A DNA stretch of 63,908 nucleotides, the filler included, from Barthelona sp. PAP020 (Eukaryota): NCBI GenBank assembly GCA_040182905.1. It is 5 parts of 5 records of this genome, joined end to end, with 100 filler letters (N's around TTAATTAATTAA, not from the genome) between each part and the next. Parts side by side here need not be neighbours in the genome. Positions count along the whole stretch, not along the records: positions 13,083 to 26,010 come from JARQWU010000336.1; positions 26,111 to 38,987 come from JARQWU010000337.1; 3 more parts are not named here. The stretch is one strand, 5' to 3'. The position numbers and the translations under genes were made by a program. Position 1 is the stretch's first letter, and each line of letters begins with the position of its first letter. Below, one piece after another: positions 20,640-30,475 of the stretch. The notes below the pieces were generated by a model. The model was not told the origin of the DNA, did not search any database, and worked only from the letters and a program-made list of their open reading frames with translations.

Positions 20640-21443
20640 ATGACAAAATTTGATGAAATCATAAAGGTGGATCTTGGTAATAGAGGATTGAAGCCTATAT
20701 TTGATGTAATGGATTCTGATTTCGACAGCATTGTTAACAAACTCAAAGATACAAAAGGAACTGTATATATTGTCACAGGATTTTTTATTCCAGGTCCAAA
20801 TGCTGCCGAAACTGATGGTCCTGTTGGTGCTATTATTCTTTCATATTATTTGAAATTTGTCAATATTGATTGTGTCATTTTAACGGACAGGTTTTGTCTT
20901 GATTCAATTTCTAAAACTTGTGATTATTTTAATGTTACATGCACCTTGGATTTACCTGATTTGAATGAAAATGATTTTTTGTTGTATCTGGAACGGTGTG
21001 GACCTAATAAGAATGGTGATACATTGAATATGAGAGGGGTTAGCATATCCGATCATAATGATCCTTTACATTTGCTTTTAGAAAATCACATTTGTAATTC
21101 TGCAGGAATTGGTGATGGTGGCAATGAAATTGGGTGTGGAAAATACTATGAAGCATTTCAAAACTCATCAATAAACAAAGAAATTTTATGTAAAATCAGC
21201 ACTGATTTTCTTCTATTGGCAGGTGTTTCCAATTGGGCTGCTTATGCATTGGCTATTGCTATATCTGGTCCCAATTATCCTATTTATGAAGATTTCATTC
21301 TAATGCACAGAAATATTTTGTCTAAATTCGTTGAAAATAAAGGTGTGGATGGAGTAACAAAACAAAATGCTTGTACTATTGATGGAATGTCTCTTGAAGT
21401 TCATGAACAAATTATTTTTCAATTATTTGAAATAATCGCATAA
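20640..21443 (+). CDS. DUF4392 / D-glutamate cyclase-like C-terminal domain protein
   Basis: TGF...ETDGPVGA, ERCG...G...NMRG, GIGDGGNEIG, AGVSNWAAYAL, GVDG; first ATG at 20640. Confidence 0.88.
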   Translation: MTKFDEIIKVDLGNRGLKPIFDVMDSDFDSIVNKLKDTKGTVYIVTGFFIPGPNAAETDGPVGAIILSYYLKFVNIDCVILTDRFCLDSISKTCDYFNVTCTLDLPDLNENDFLLYLERCGPNKNGDTLNMRGVSISDHNDPLHLLLENHICNSAGIGDGGNEIGCGKYYEAFQNSSINKEILCKISTDFLLLAGVSNWAAYALAIAISGPNYPIYEDFILMHRNILSKFVENKGVDGVTKQNACTIDGMSLEVHEQIIFQLFEIIA

Positions 21444-21859
21444 AATAAATAATTTTTCACTCTGTTTTTTATCATAGGTAATAGTGAAAGAAACAAATGG
21501 AAGATGAAACAAAATCAATTCCACACAAATGAAAGAAGAGAATTCAATCCACTTTTTCAATTGCAAATAAGCTTTCAAAATTATTTGGAGGTTTTTAATG
21601 GCTGAATAAAGAAGACCAAACAAAAGAAATGAAAAGTCGAAAAAATTATCAAAAAAAAAATATGAATAGTTTATACACGAACCACCATCAGTTATCAACA
21701 ATAAATCAAACCGTTCAACATTAAGCATGCAGAGAAAAAAAAGAAGAAATTAAATAATTTAAATACAAGATTACGTTCAATACAGATACAATGTAGCAAA
21801 AAAAATCATAAAAAGATATCATTATTAACTAAAACAACTAAAAACAAAAAAATCGAATA

Positions 21860-22702
21860 TCATTTGTTAAAATCATCAAAAATCAAGCCATTGTACGTTC
21901 TTCGATAGTGTTTATCAAGACTAGAAGAACTATTAAATAATTCTTCTAAAATTGTCATCAAATGTTCATGCTGAAAGACCAAATCATCAATTGAAGGTTG
22001 TGCTATAACTAAAATAGACTTTACTAGAGATCCTCGAGTTAATCTCTGGGCAACCAGTGATAAACCACCTCTGTCATGAAAGGCATCACCAACTGAAATC
22101 AAATTCACTAATCCTCTATTATTATTTGAAGGCAAATGCAATGGTTGATGTAAAATATGAGGACTAGAAGTATTAGATGTAGAGAACATTATTCTATATG
22201 ATTTTTCAGTGTCAGAAAGACGTAAAATATCGATATTTTCTTCCCATAACACATCATGAAAGGCAAAAAACTTTGCCAATATACCCCCGTCTAAATTTTC
22301 ATCTGCGTTGGCGTAGAATATGGGAATTGAATTTTCTTTTATAATTTGAAAAGTTTGATGCATAAAACCATTGAAACAAAATTCCATCCAATCATATTCT
22401 GCATTTGTAATAATATGAACAGTAATATTAAGTGATACAATAAAACTTAATAAATTTGAAGCTGATTTATCCACCCTTTCAACTTCATCTTTAAATAATG
22501 AAACACGTTGTTCATCTTCCCAAAATGTGGGATCCAAATCACGTGTTAATAATTCAGAGGATGGAAATAATGTGTTATCCCAATCTAAAAATATAATTCG
22601 CTGAGGTGCTGATAAAGACATTGGTTCAGAAATGTCAATAAAATCATTACCTGTTGATATTGCAGGATTAAGTACCAAAGTACCAGAATCAACAATCGAC
22701 AT
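21860..22702 (-). CDS. HAD-superfamily hydrolase
   Basis: Motif I IFLDWDNTL, motif II IITNA, a Lys, motif IV ISVGD...DR. Confidence 0.8.
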   Translation of the reverse strand: MSIVDSGTLVLNPAISTGNDFIDISEPMSLSAPQRIIFLDWDNTLFPSSELLTRDLDPTFWEDEQRVSLFKDEVERVDKSASNLLSFIVSLNITVHIITNAEYDWMEFCFNGFMHQTFQIIKENSIPIFYANADENLDGGILAKFFAFHDVLWEENIDILRLSDTEKSYRIMFSTSNTSSPHILHQPLHLPSNNNRGLVNLISVGDAFHDRGGLSLVAQRLTRGSLVKSILVIAQPSIDDLVFQHEHLMTILEELFNSSSSLDKHYRRTYNGLIFDDFNK

Positions 22703-23075
22703 CTCCTAAATAATGAGGAGACAACAAAAAAAAACCACCTGTTGAGAATTTTATTTTTAATTTTTTTTCCCCTCCTCCCATGCATGACTGAAAATTTTTC
22801 TCAATTGCCCGCAGATGAATACGAATTATTTGATTACAAATGTAATAATAAAGAAAATAATTTTATCCAAATTGTTACTTTTGAAAATTGTCCATCATTG
22901 TCCTCTTTTGTAAAACAAAATTTGCCTCAATCTTCTAATAAAAAACAATCACAAAGACAACAAAGAAAAAAATCACCAATACTTGGCTATTTTAAAAAGT
23001 AATTTATTAACATGAATTAATCACAAAAAATATTTACATATAAAATGTTAAAAGATATTTTGCATCAAATCTTCA

Positions 23076-24935
23076 TCATTTTTTTTTTCGTTGAAAAAAA
23101 CTGGTTCTTCTTTTCTGTTTTTCAGGTTTATTCTCAAGTTCAGCCTCTGAATCTGAAGGAAAGTTATCAATTTGCTCAACTACCGCAATGTTTTCACTAT
23201 TTCTGAGTATCGATTTGTCATCAACATCAAAATGTAATTGAACCTCAAATGAGTCCACTAAACCATCTATCACTTTATAAACTTCTTGTTGATGCATCAT
23301 AGCAAAATGAGAAGTGTTATGAAGTTCAATATCAGTGCAATCAAATTTAAATCCATGGTTTTTCAAACTTTGCAAAGGAACTGTTCTATCACCACTAATC
23401 ATTGTTAATGCTGGTGTTTCATTAATAACATCTTCAATATTTAAACAAGTCTTATCGTAAATGGCATGCCATGGGGTTTCTTCATCAGCAGCAAAAACAT
23501 TTGCACAATGAAAGTTATCAGGAACTTCCAAATTATCTTTTTCTTCCATTAATTCTTCATGTAAAATGAATAAATGTCTTGAAATATTGTTATAATAACT
23601 GGTAGAATTCGTTTCACTAAAGAGACAAGCAAATAAAGTATTAAAATTAACGCAGTATTCTAAAATGCTATCATTTTTAGGAGAAAACGGTAAGGAAGTT
23701 TTCAATGGTATCAATTCTGTCGGATCATTCTCCAAAATGTCCGAAATTTCATTGAAAGAATACGATTTTTTTGGAGTTGGCGTGGCATTGAAAAAATTAC
23801 TGATCATGTACACTATACCTTGACTTTGTTCCAAATATTGTTTGAGAGTCAAGAAAGTATGGTTATAAAAAATTTTATTGCTGTGAATTTGAGTCATACA
23901 ATCAATGCATAATTTAGCGTGACAATTATTACAGAAACATATGGCATATTCACGTTCACAATTGTCGCAAACATGTTTTTCAATCATAACTTCTTCCTTG
24001 TCTTCTTTTTTTCCCAATTCCAATGCAAAATCTTCAGGTAATATATGCTCATCAATTTTCTTCAACAAGCTTCGACGATATTCAAAATGTTCTTCTTCTG
24101 TTTGGACTGACCTTTTAGGATCATAAAAATCAATTCCTTCAGCTGAAAAAATAGACCAACCGTTTGGCCGTTTAATAAAAATTTTTGGTGAATCTTCAAA
24201 TACATCTGGTTTTGGAGTAAGTAAAAGAGTATTAACAGTATTACATTGTAATTGTCTAACAACCAATGGATTTAATAAAACTTGAGGCATTCCACCGTTA
24301 TATCCAGAGATGGGTGATATTGATGCCTTGGTAGTACCTTGCCAAGGAGCACCAAGACAGATCCATCCATTGATATGGTTATTCATCCATTCTTTTCCTT
24401 TTCTTATAAATAAATATTTCACCATCAAGCAACCTAAAGAGTGTGAAATCAAATTTACCCTCTCACCAGATATTAAATTTGCGTTTTCAATAATACCAAC
24501 TAATCTATCATAAACTTCAGGACTTTTTGGTCCATATCTCCAATCAAAACCACCACCAAATAAAGTTTTCCCAGATTCATATCCTTTTTCTTTTAGATAA
24601 TCAATCATATCATTGAAATATCCAGTGCTCTTTCTAATCGATTTCATATTTCCAATCATAGGAATATTTGCTATATTTGGTAATAAAGAATAAATTGCAT
24701 ACAAACCATTATCCTCTTCAGGAACAAATATTTCAAATGAATCTGGTTCATCAACAAAATTTTGATGAAATGGAATTAATTCCCCTGTTTTATCATCATA
24801 CCGTGACCAGAGATACTTTTCAATCAAATTCGAACCTTTCATTATCTTTGGCCAAATAATACATTCAAATCCATCCTTTCTTCTCAATTTTAACAAAGTA
24901 CCTCCAACACCAGGAATTAATATTATTGGTTTCAT
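23076..24935 (-). CDS. LCAT/phospholipase A family alpha/beta hydrolase with internal B-box zinc finger
   Basis: PIILIPGVGG, LFG..FDWR, ISHSLG nucleophile elbow, GAPWQG, GDRTVP, catalytic His; CDNCE..AICFC..C.AKLC.DC...IH.....H. Confidence 0.9.
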   Translation of the reverse strand: MKPIILIPGVGGTLLKLRRKDGFECIIWPKIMKGSNLIEKYLWSRYDDKTGELIPFHQNFVDEPDSFEIFVPEEDNGLYAIYSLLPNIANIPMIGNMKSIRKSTGYFNDMIDYLKEKGYESGKTLFGGGFDWRYGPKSPEVYDRLVGIIENANLISGERVNLISHSLGCLMVKYLFIRKGKEWMNNHINGWICLGAPWQGTTKASISPISGYNGGMPQVLLNPLVVRQLQCNTVNTLLLTPKPDVFEDSPKIFIKRPNGWSIFSAEGIDFYDPKRSVQTEEEHFEYRRSLLKKIDEHILPEDFALELGKKEDKEEVMIEKHVCDNCEREYAICFCNNCHAKLCIDCMTQIHSNKIFYNHTFLTLKQYLEQSQGIVYMISNFFNATPTPKKSYSFNEISDILENDPTELIPLKTSLPFSPKNDSILEYCVNFNTLFACLFSETNSTSYYNNISRHLFILHEELMEEKDNLEVPDNFHCANVFAADEETPWHAIYDKTCLNIEDVINETPALTMISGDRTVPLQSLKNHGFKFDCTDIELHNTSHFAMMHQQEVYKVIDGLVDSFEVQLHFDVDDKSILRNSENIAVVEQIDNFPSDSEAELENKPEKQKRRTSFFQRKKK

Positions 24936-25015
24936 GGTTTAATGGAGAAAAAAAAATTGTTTCGTGGTATCTTCTTTGAACAGATTTGCAAATTTTTGTT
25001 CACTCAAAAAATGTC

Positions 25016-25900
25016 ATGGATTTTTTCGAATCTTCTGAATTAACAGCAGTTAATGCATTGAATGAACTTTTAAACCTTTCGATTGACAGATTGAAAATTT
25101 TTTTAAGTGACGAAAATAATATCAATAATATTGGATACATAAGTCAATGTTATAATTCTTTATTAAATGTTGATAGATGTAAAAAACTGGAGATTTTGAG
25201 TCTGTTGTCTCATGAATATTCTTCCTGTTCAAAAGTTCAAAAATTCAAAAGAAATTTGTTGAGCACAAAATTATTCAAAGATATAAATGTATTGTTTCTG
25301 TATTTAGTAAATGAAAATGACAAAAATTTACAATTGAACTCAATTTATTTAACGAATCATTTGTTATATTCAGAAATATACACAATTGATTATGATATTT
25401 GGGAAAATTTATACAATAAATTGATAAAATTGATATTAGATTCATCCCGTTTTGGTTATGCCATTAGTTGCGTTTTATTGATTTTAGGAATAAGTTTAAC
25501 AGATCGTCAATCTAACATAATATTTAAATTATCTAATAGCTATCATCTAAAATCTTTTTTTTATTGGAATTCTTCATTTTCCTTTGAGATTTTTAAATTG
25601 TTTTTGAATACGAAAATACCTCTTCCTATAAATTCAAAAAGTCTTGTTAGTGACGATTTAATTGTGAAATCAAATGATTTAGCAATGACAATTCTTTTTT
25701 GCTTGGAAACTGGAGTTTCTTTTGATTTTTCTGATGAGATTATCGTTCGGTTATTAGACTGTTCAAAGGACCATTTTGAAATTGTGGCTGAAATTTTCAA
25801 AATTTCCAAATTGTTTCCTTCCAATCAGTTAACAAATATTTGTGGTCATTATCCAGCATTGTTTTCTATGTTGGAAGCAAAAAAGTTAAATGTTGAATAA
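25016..25900 (+). CDS. Hypothetical Leu-rich helical (ARM-like?) protein
   Basis: About 295-aa ORF, head-to-head with the LCAT gene; no family recognised. Confidence 0.6.
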   Translation: MDFFESSELTAVNALNELLNLSIDRLKIFLSDENNINNIGYISQCYNSLLNVDRCKKLEILSLLSHEYSSCSKVQKFKRNLLSTKLFKDINVLFLYLVNENDKNLQLNSIYLTNHLLYSEIYTIDYDIWENLYNKLIKLILDSSRFGYAISCVLLILGISLTDRQSNIIFKLSNSYHLKSFFYWNSSFSFEIFKLFLNTKIPLPINSKSLVSDDLIVKSNDLAMTILFCLETGVSFDFSDEIIVRLLDCSKDHFEIVAEIFKISKLFPSNQLTNICGHYPALFSMLEAKKLNVE

Positions 25901-25912
25901 ATATCGTTCTCT

Positions 25913-26010
25913 TTATTTCCAAGCCAAGAAGCACTGTGCGTATGAGTGAATAAGAAAGAATAGTGTTTATTTGGTTAAAGGCTTTCGAGGCCCGATTGAT
26001 CTGTTGAAAA
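25913..26010 (-). repeat. Dispersed repeat family R1, copy D (runs off contig end)
   Basis: Reverse complement is nearly identical to 52604-52700. Confidence 0.9.
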
Positions 26011-26110
26011 NNNNNNNNNNNNNNNNNNNNNNNNNNNNNNNNNNNNNNNNNNNNTTAATTAATTAANNNNNNNNNNNNNNNNNNNNNNNNNNNNNNNNNN
26101 NNNNNNNNNN
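26011..26110. other. Artificial contig spacer
   Basis: N run with TTAATTAATTAA. Confidence 0.98.
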
Positions 26111-26171
26111 CAGGCATCTTGTAACGATAGTTCGGGTCATCACACCCATTAATATTCAACATGTGTGACAT
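26111..26171 (-). CDS. EIF5: eIF5 5' fragment (copy 1, truncated by contig edge)
   Basis: MSHMLNINGCDDPNYRYKMP; the D..YRYKMP motif opens eIF5. Confidence 0.8.
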
Positions 26172-26297
26172 AAAATTCTTTTATCCCTTTTTTGTTCACA
26201 TTAATTTTTTTAAAGAAACAGTTCAACAAATTTAAGGCTTAATTATCACGGAATTAAAACTATAAAATTAAAAAAAGAAACAAATATAATTAATTCA

Positions 26298-27083
26298 TCA
26301 TTTATTGTTGATTTTGGAGTTTAAAGAATCTAAAATGGCATCCATTTTTTCTGAATTTTTGTTCTGTTGTGTAACCAATACTTCTGTTAATCTGTTCACA
26401 TGCAAACCAATTTGATCTCCCAATAATTGTTGTAATGTACATCCTGCTGATTCTAAAAGGTTAGCAGGTGGAGCTACAACAGCTTCTTTTTTCTTTTCCA
26501 CATCAACTATATGCTTTTGTTCATCAATTTTTTTTTCTACTTCTTTCAAATCATCAGTGTTTTGTTCCACAAATTTGGCTTCTTTTAGAGATAAAGGCAT
26601 ACTTGGTATTGTCAGGATGTTATCAGTTAATTCAAGATTTAAAACATTTATTTGGCAAAACAACACTTTCCAAGAATCCAAATGTCGAATATAGTTTGAT
26701 ATAAAGAATTTGTTTAAGAGTTGAATGTCCTTTTGAGTAAAAATATTGTTGCTCCAAGGAGGTGAATGCACAGAATGGGCAATAACTTTGTCTTGAAACT
26801 GTTCAATAGTTTCTCTTGCCGACAAATTTTTGTTCAATACAGACAAATGAATTGGATGTAAAATACTCAAAGCTGATGATACTTTTGTGGCGCTAAAATG
26901 ATGAAATATACAAAATCTATACAATTGGTGATATATTTTCAATGTGGCTCTTCCTAATAAAGTATTTGTATCCAATAGAAAATTACCTTTTAAAATTCGT
27001 TGTTCTTGATCTTCTGATGAAGCATTCATTAAAACATCCACCATTTGAGGTGATATCTCGATAAAACTATTGGTATTCGCCAT
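26298..27083 (-). CDS. CFAP119/CCDC189-like central-pair C1a protein
   Basis: FC..HHFS..KVS..LSI, HSVHSPPWS..IFT..DI....F....YIRH. Confidence 0.75.
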   Translation of the reverse strand: MANTNSFIEISPQMVDVLMNASSEDQEQRILKGNFLLDTNTLLGRATLKIYHQLYRFCIFHHFSATKVSSALSILHPIHLSVLNKNLSARETIEQFQDKVIAHSVHSPPWSNNIFTQKDIQLLNKFFISNYIRHLDSWKVLFCQINVLNLELTDNILTIPSMPLSLKEAKFVEQNTDDLKEVEKKIDEQKHIVDVEKKKEAVVAPPANLLESAGCTLQQLLGDQIGLHVNRLTEVLVTQQNKNSEKMDAILDSLNSKINNK

Positions 27084-27118
27084 TATTAATCAAGTATTTA
27101 AAAAAAAAAAACATAATT

Positions 27119-27967
27119 TTATATTTGTTCAAGTTTTAAAACCACAGTGGAAATTGCTCTTCTTTTGGTTATAGGGTTTAAATTAGGTTTTTTTGGAATA
27201 TATCTGTCCGTTAAAAATGTTGGCGAAATGCACAATGAGCATTTCAAAGGAGTAGTGCTCTTTCTTTTACATCTAATCGCGGCATCAATCGCATATTTAA
27301 TGGCATTACCCATTCCATATACATTTACAAAATCACAACCTTCTAAAAACTTGTTCAATATATGTTGTGAACGTTTTTCTACTTGACTATGGCTACTGAT
27401 ATGAACATCAGTATTATTTGGTATGCATGTATTTATGTGTTGTTTTATAAATTCAAAATCGTCCTTATCAACTAACTTTGAACTTCCAAAATCTACATTC
27501 ATTTCCAGCTCATTTTCCTCTTTGTTTTTTAATTCACCCTTAGAAATACGAACTAATAGCGTTAATACATTTCTTTCGTTTTCAAAAGAAGGTAAATGGG
27601 TCTTTTTTGGAATGAATCTATCAACAACAGCAATTGAATCTACCTCACATTTGATTTCCATTGAAAAATCCGCTCTTAACTGAGCTAAAAGAATAACATC
27701 AACACAATTCTTAATTGCATCACCCATTGAATGCACAAAGATGGTAGAATTCTCATCAAGTTTTTCAAAAATAACATTAATCGCATTTTCTGGCCTCCAC
27801 TTTTTTGTAACAAAAATGTCGTTTGAATTAAAGTGAAGAATTGATAAATTTTCGCGAATAAAATCATAATCATCAGGATTACCAATAAACTTTCTTGTTC
27901 CGAAATGATTTGCTGTTTTCTTTCTTAATACAGCGTCACTATCATGAATGGTTGAAGAATTATTCAT
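27119..27967 (-). CDS. RNase P/MRP Rpp20 (Pop7)-like protein with two tandem Alba domains
   Basis: Two copies of (N/T)D(I/V)..........(I/V).V..MG.AI...(V/I)D......DR(F/Y)IPKK......R....L. Confidence 0.75.
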   Translation of the reverse strand: MNNSSTIHDSDAVLRKKTANHFGTRKFIGNPDDYDFIRENLSILHFNSNDIFVTKKWRPENAINVIFEKLDENSTIFVHSMGDAIKNCVDVILLAQLRADFSMEIKCEVDSIAVVDRFIPKKTHLPSFENERNVLTLLVRISKGELKNKEENELEMNVDFGSSKLVDKDDFEFIKQHINTCIPNNTDVHISSHSQVEKRSQHILNKFLEGCDFVNVYGMGNAIKYAIDAAIRCKRKSTTPLKCSLCISPTFLTDRYIPKKPNLNPITKRRAISTVVLKLEQI

Positions 27968-28434
27968 AATTTTGTGAAAAAAAACAAATCATTCTTTCTC
28001 ATGTGTTATCACATCTTCTTTTTCAAAATGTGCCTAAAAATGTGTCCACACAAAAATTCAATTATCAAAAGAAAAAATGGTATAAATTGCGGGATGCAAA
28101 GAGTATTCACAATTTATGACTTTATGACACATTCCAAATATTTTCTGAGTTCAAGATAACCGCAAAAACAAAAGAAAACCTTGTTCAATCGTGAAACTTG
28201 TTAGTTTTCAAATGTGCTTTGTTCTTTCAAAATTATCAGCTTTGCAAAGGTTTAGTCTCTCAATTTTTTGTATTTTCATAATATAAAGCGCTGAGGAAAT
28301 CCCTGAAATCAAAAGAAGATCTGAAATTATTGGAAATATTTGCAATTCATAAATAAAAAAGTAAATCTAATTTATAGTGAAAATCTAGTTGATTCTGATG
28401 ATATTTGCAACCATTATCAAAAAGTTTTCAAATT

Positions 28435-29343
28435 TTATGAAAAAAACCCTTTTGGAACCCAATTATCTGCAATACTCTTCACACGATTATGTGTCGTTTC
28501 AATAGTTCTATAGCCGGTAAGTCCACTTAAATCACTTTCTGAAAATTTGAGTTCATCCAAAACTCCATGTTGCAAGCAGATATTTTGAATTTCCAAAAGA
28601 ACACCACAAGCTAAATTATCATCTAAAATTCTCTTTGAACCCAATCTAACACGGACATTAGATTCAAATTTGTCTATTAGTATTTCAGCTTTTTGAACAA
28701 ACTCTGGATAATCATACAAATTTAACAAAAATATCATTCGTTTAGCAAAATGGGGCATTGACAATGATAAATTATTTACAACAGGAGAATCGTTCTTCAA
28801 CATGTGTTGACAAAAACGTATAAGATGGTCATTAGCGTTTTTTAACTTTTTTTTCATATCAGCATGACTCTCATCTTTATCAATAATCTTTTTAAGGCCA
28901 AAAATAATTTCTGTTGGTAATACACCTATTTTTTCATCGATACAAGCAATGTGAAAACAAGCGCCATACAAATAATCCTTTCGAAATCCACTAAAATTAC
29001 CACCTTTATAATCCCAAAATCCCCTTAATATTTCTAATGCTTTTTCAACTATTTTCGCAGTGGTAGTTTCTTCTTGAAATTGAATACCTAAATCATAAAA
29101 TTTTCGTTTGGCTTCATTTGAAGCTGAAGTCCATCCATCTCTGACATCACCCTTACTAATATCAAATCCACCACTAATACGATTATTTCCAGCATCACCG
29201 TCATTCGAAAAATTACGCCATTCGGTACCTTCATATATATTTCTTTTGATGATTAATCCACAATTGCTACATGTTAAAAAACCACCAGAATCAGTAACGA
29301 GCTTCATTAAACCGCATCTAGTGCATTTGTCTTTGACAACCAT
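28435..29343 (-). CDS. Divergent TFIIB/BRF-family factor
   Basis: Zinc ribbon CTRC-x-CSNCG, B-reader EWRNF, cyclin-fold GACFHIAC; first ATG at 29343. Confidence 0.8.
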   Translation of the reverse strand: MVVKDKCTRCGLMKLVTDSGGFLTCSNCGLIIKRNIYEGTEWRNFSNDGDAGNNRISGGFDISKGDVRDGWTSASNEAKRKFYDLGIQFQEETTTAKIVEKALEILRGFWDYKGGNFSGFRKDYLYGACFHIACIDEKIGVLPTEIIFGLKKIIDKDESHADMKKKLKNANDHLIRFCQHMLKNDSPVVNNLSLSMPHFAKRMIFLLNLYDYPEFVQKAEILIDKFESNVRVRLGSKRILDDNLACGVLLEIQNICLQHGVLDELKFSESDLSGLTGYRTIETTHNRVKSIADNWVPKGFFS

Positions 29344-30475
29344 CAAAAAAAAAATAAATTGATGGAATTCTCCCCTTTGTTTGAATCTGAGCAATTACAT
29401 TTCTTGTTCCTATTTTTTTAAAAAAACAAACATATCATGAGATTATTTGTTAATTTGAACCATTTCTGCATTGATCGCATTTTTAATCACATTTTATCCA
29501 GCTGCATTTGTTTTTTCTTTTTCATATGTAGTGAGGTGAGCTATTGAACTATTTATCATTTCCTTCAGTGACAAAAAAAAAACACTTTTTCCCTTTTTCA
29601 TATTCTAACTTTTCAATTTGAAACAAAAACTCTGGAAAACTTGTTAAAAACCAAGAAATATCAAATTTATTCTTCAATTTGAACCATATATTGTTTATGC
29701 TACTTTTCCTTCATTCTTTAGCAATTTTGGAGTTTGAATGCTTCTGTAGTAAAAAAATCTTTGATAATATTATGTTTTTATTAGATAAATAGTTTAATTT
29801 ACTTGGGAATTATGTATGATTTCAGTATTAGATGAGAAAACTTTTTATTGTTCTTTAAAGAATTTGAGTTCAGTGGGGAGGCATTTTCTTTATCATTATT
29901 AACATCGTTTTTTTGAACTGTCAAGTCCTTCTTGTTTGTTTGTTTGAGAAATAGATTTTGATTATTTCAATCACCATAAACAAAAAGAATGAAGAAACAG
30001 GCGCACCTCTTTGTTATTTATGTAGAAATATAAGATTATATTATTAATTGTTCTTTTCCACAAATGTGTAACAGAAACAATCTTCCAATTCAAGTGAAAC
30101 ATGCTTAGAAATTCAAAATCATCTCCATAAATAAATTAAAGTGAATATTTTTTAAGTTATCAAAACACTAACGACAATTCAATATTCGCTTTACAAATTA
30201 TTTCATTCACATCATTACAATACCTTGAAAAAAGCCAATTAGATAATAATATAAATAGTTTTCGCTATTTTACCATACAAAATAACCATATTTCTTTTGG
30301 GTCCGAAACAAAAAAGTTAACAAAAGAGTGCTCAAAGATTAAAATGTCAGCATACCAACATTTGGTATGATTCAAAAGTAATGAAGAATAAAAAATTATT
30401 GTGAAAAAAGGGAGAAAAAATTTGTGTGAAAAAATTTTCAACTTTTCAAATAGATTTTTTTTTGTTCTAATCAAC

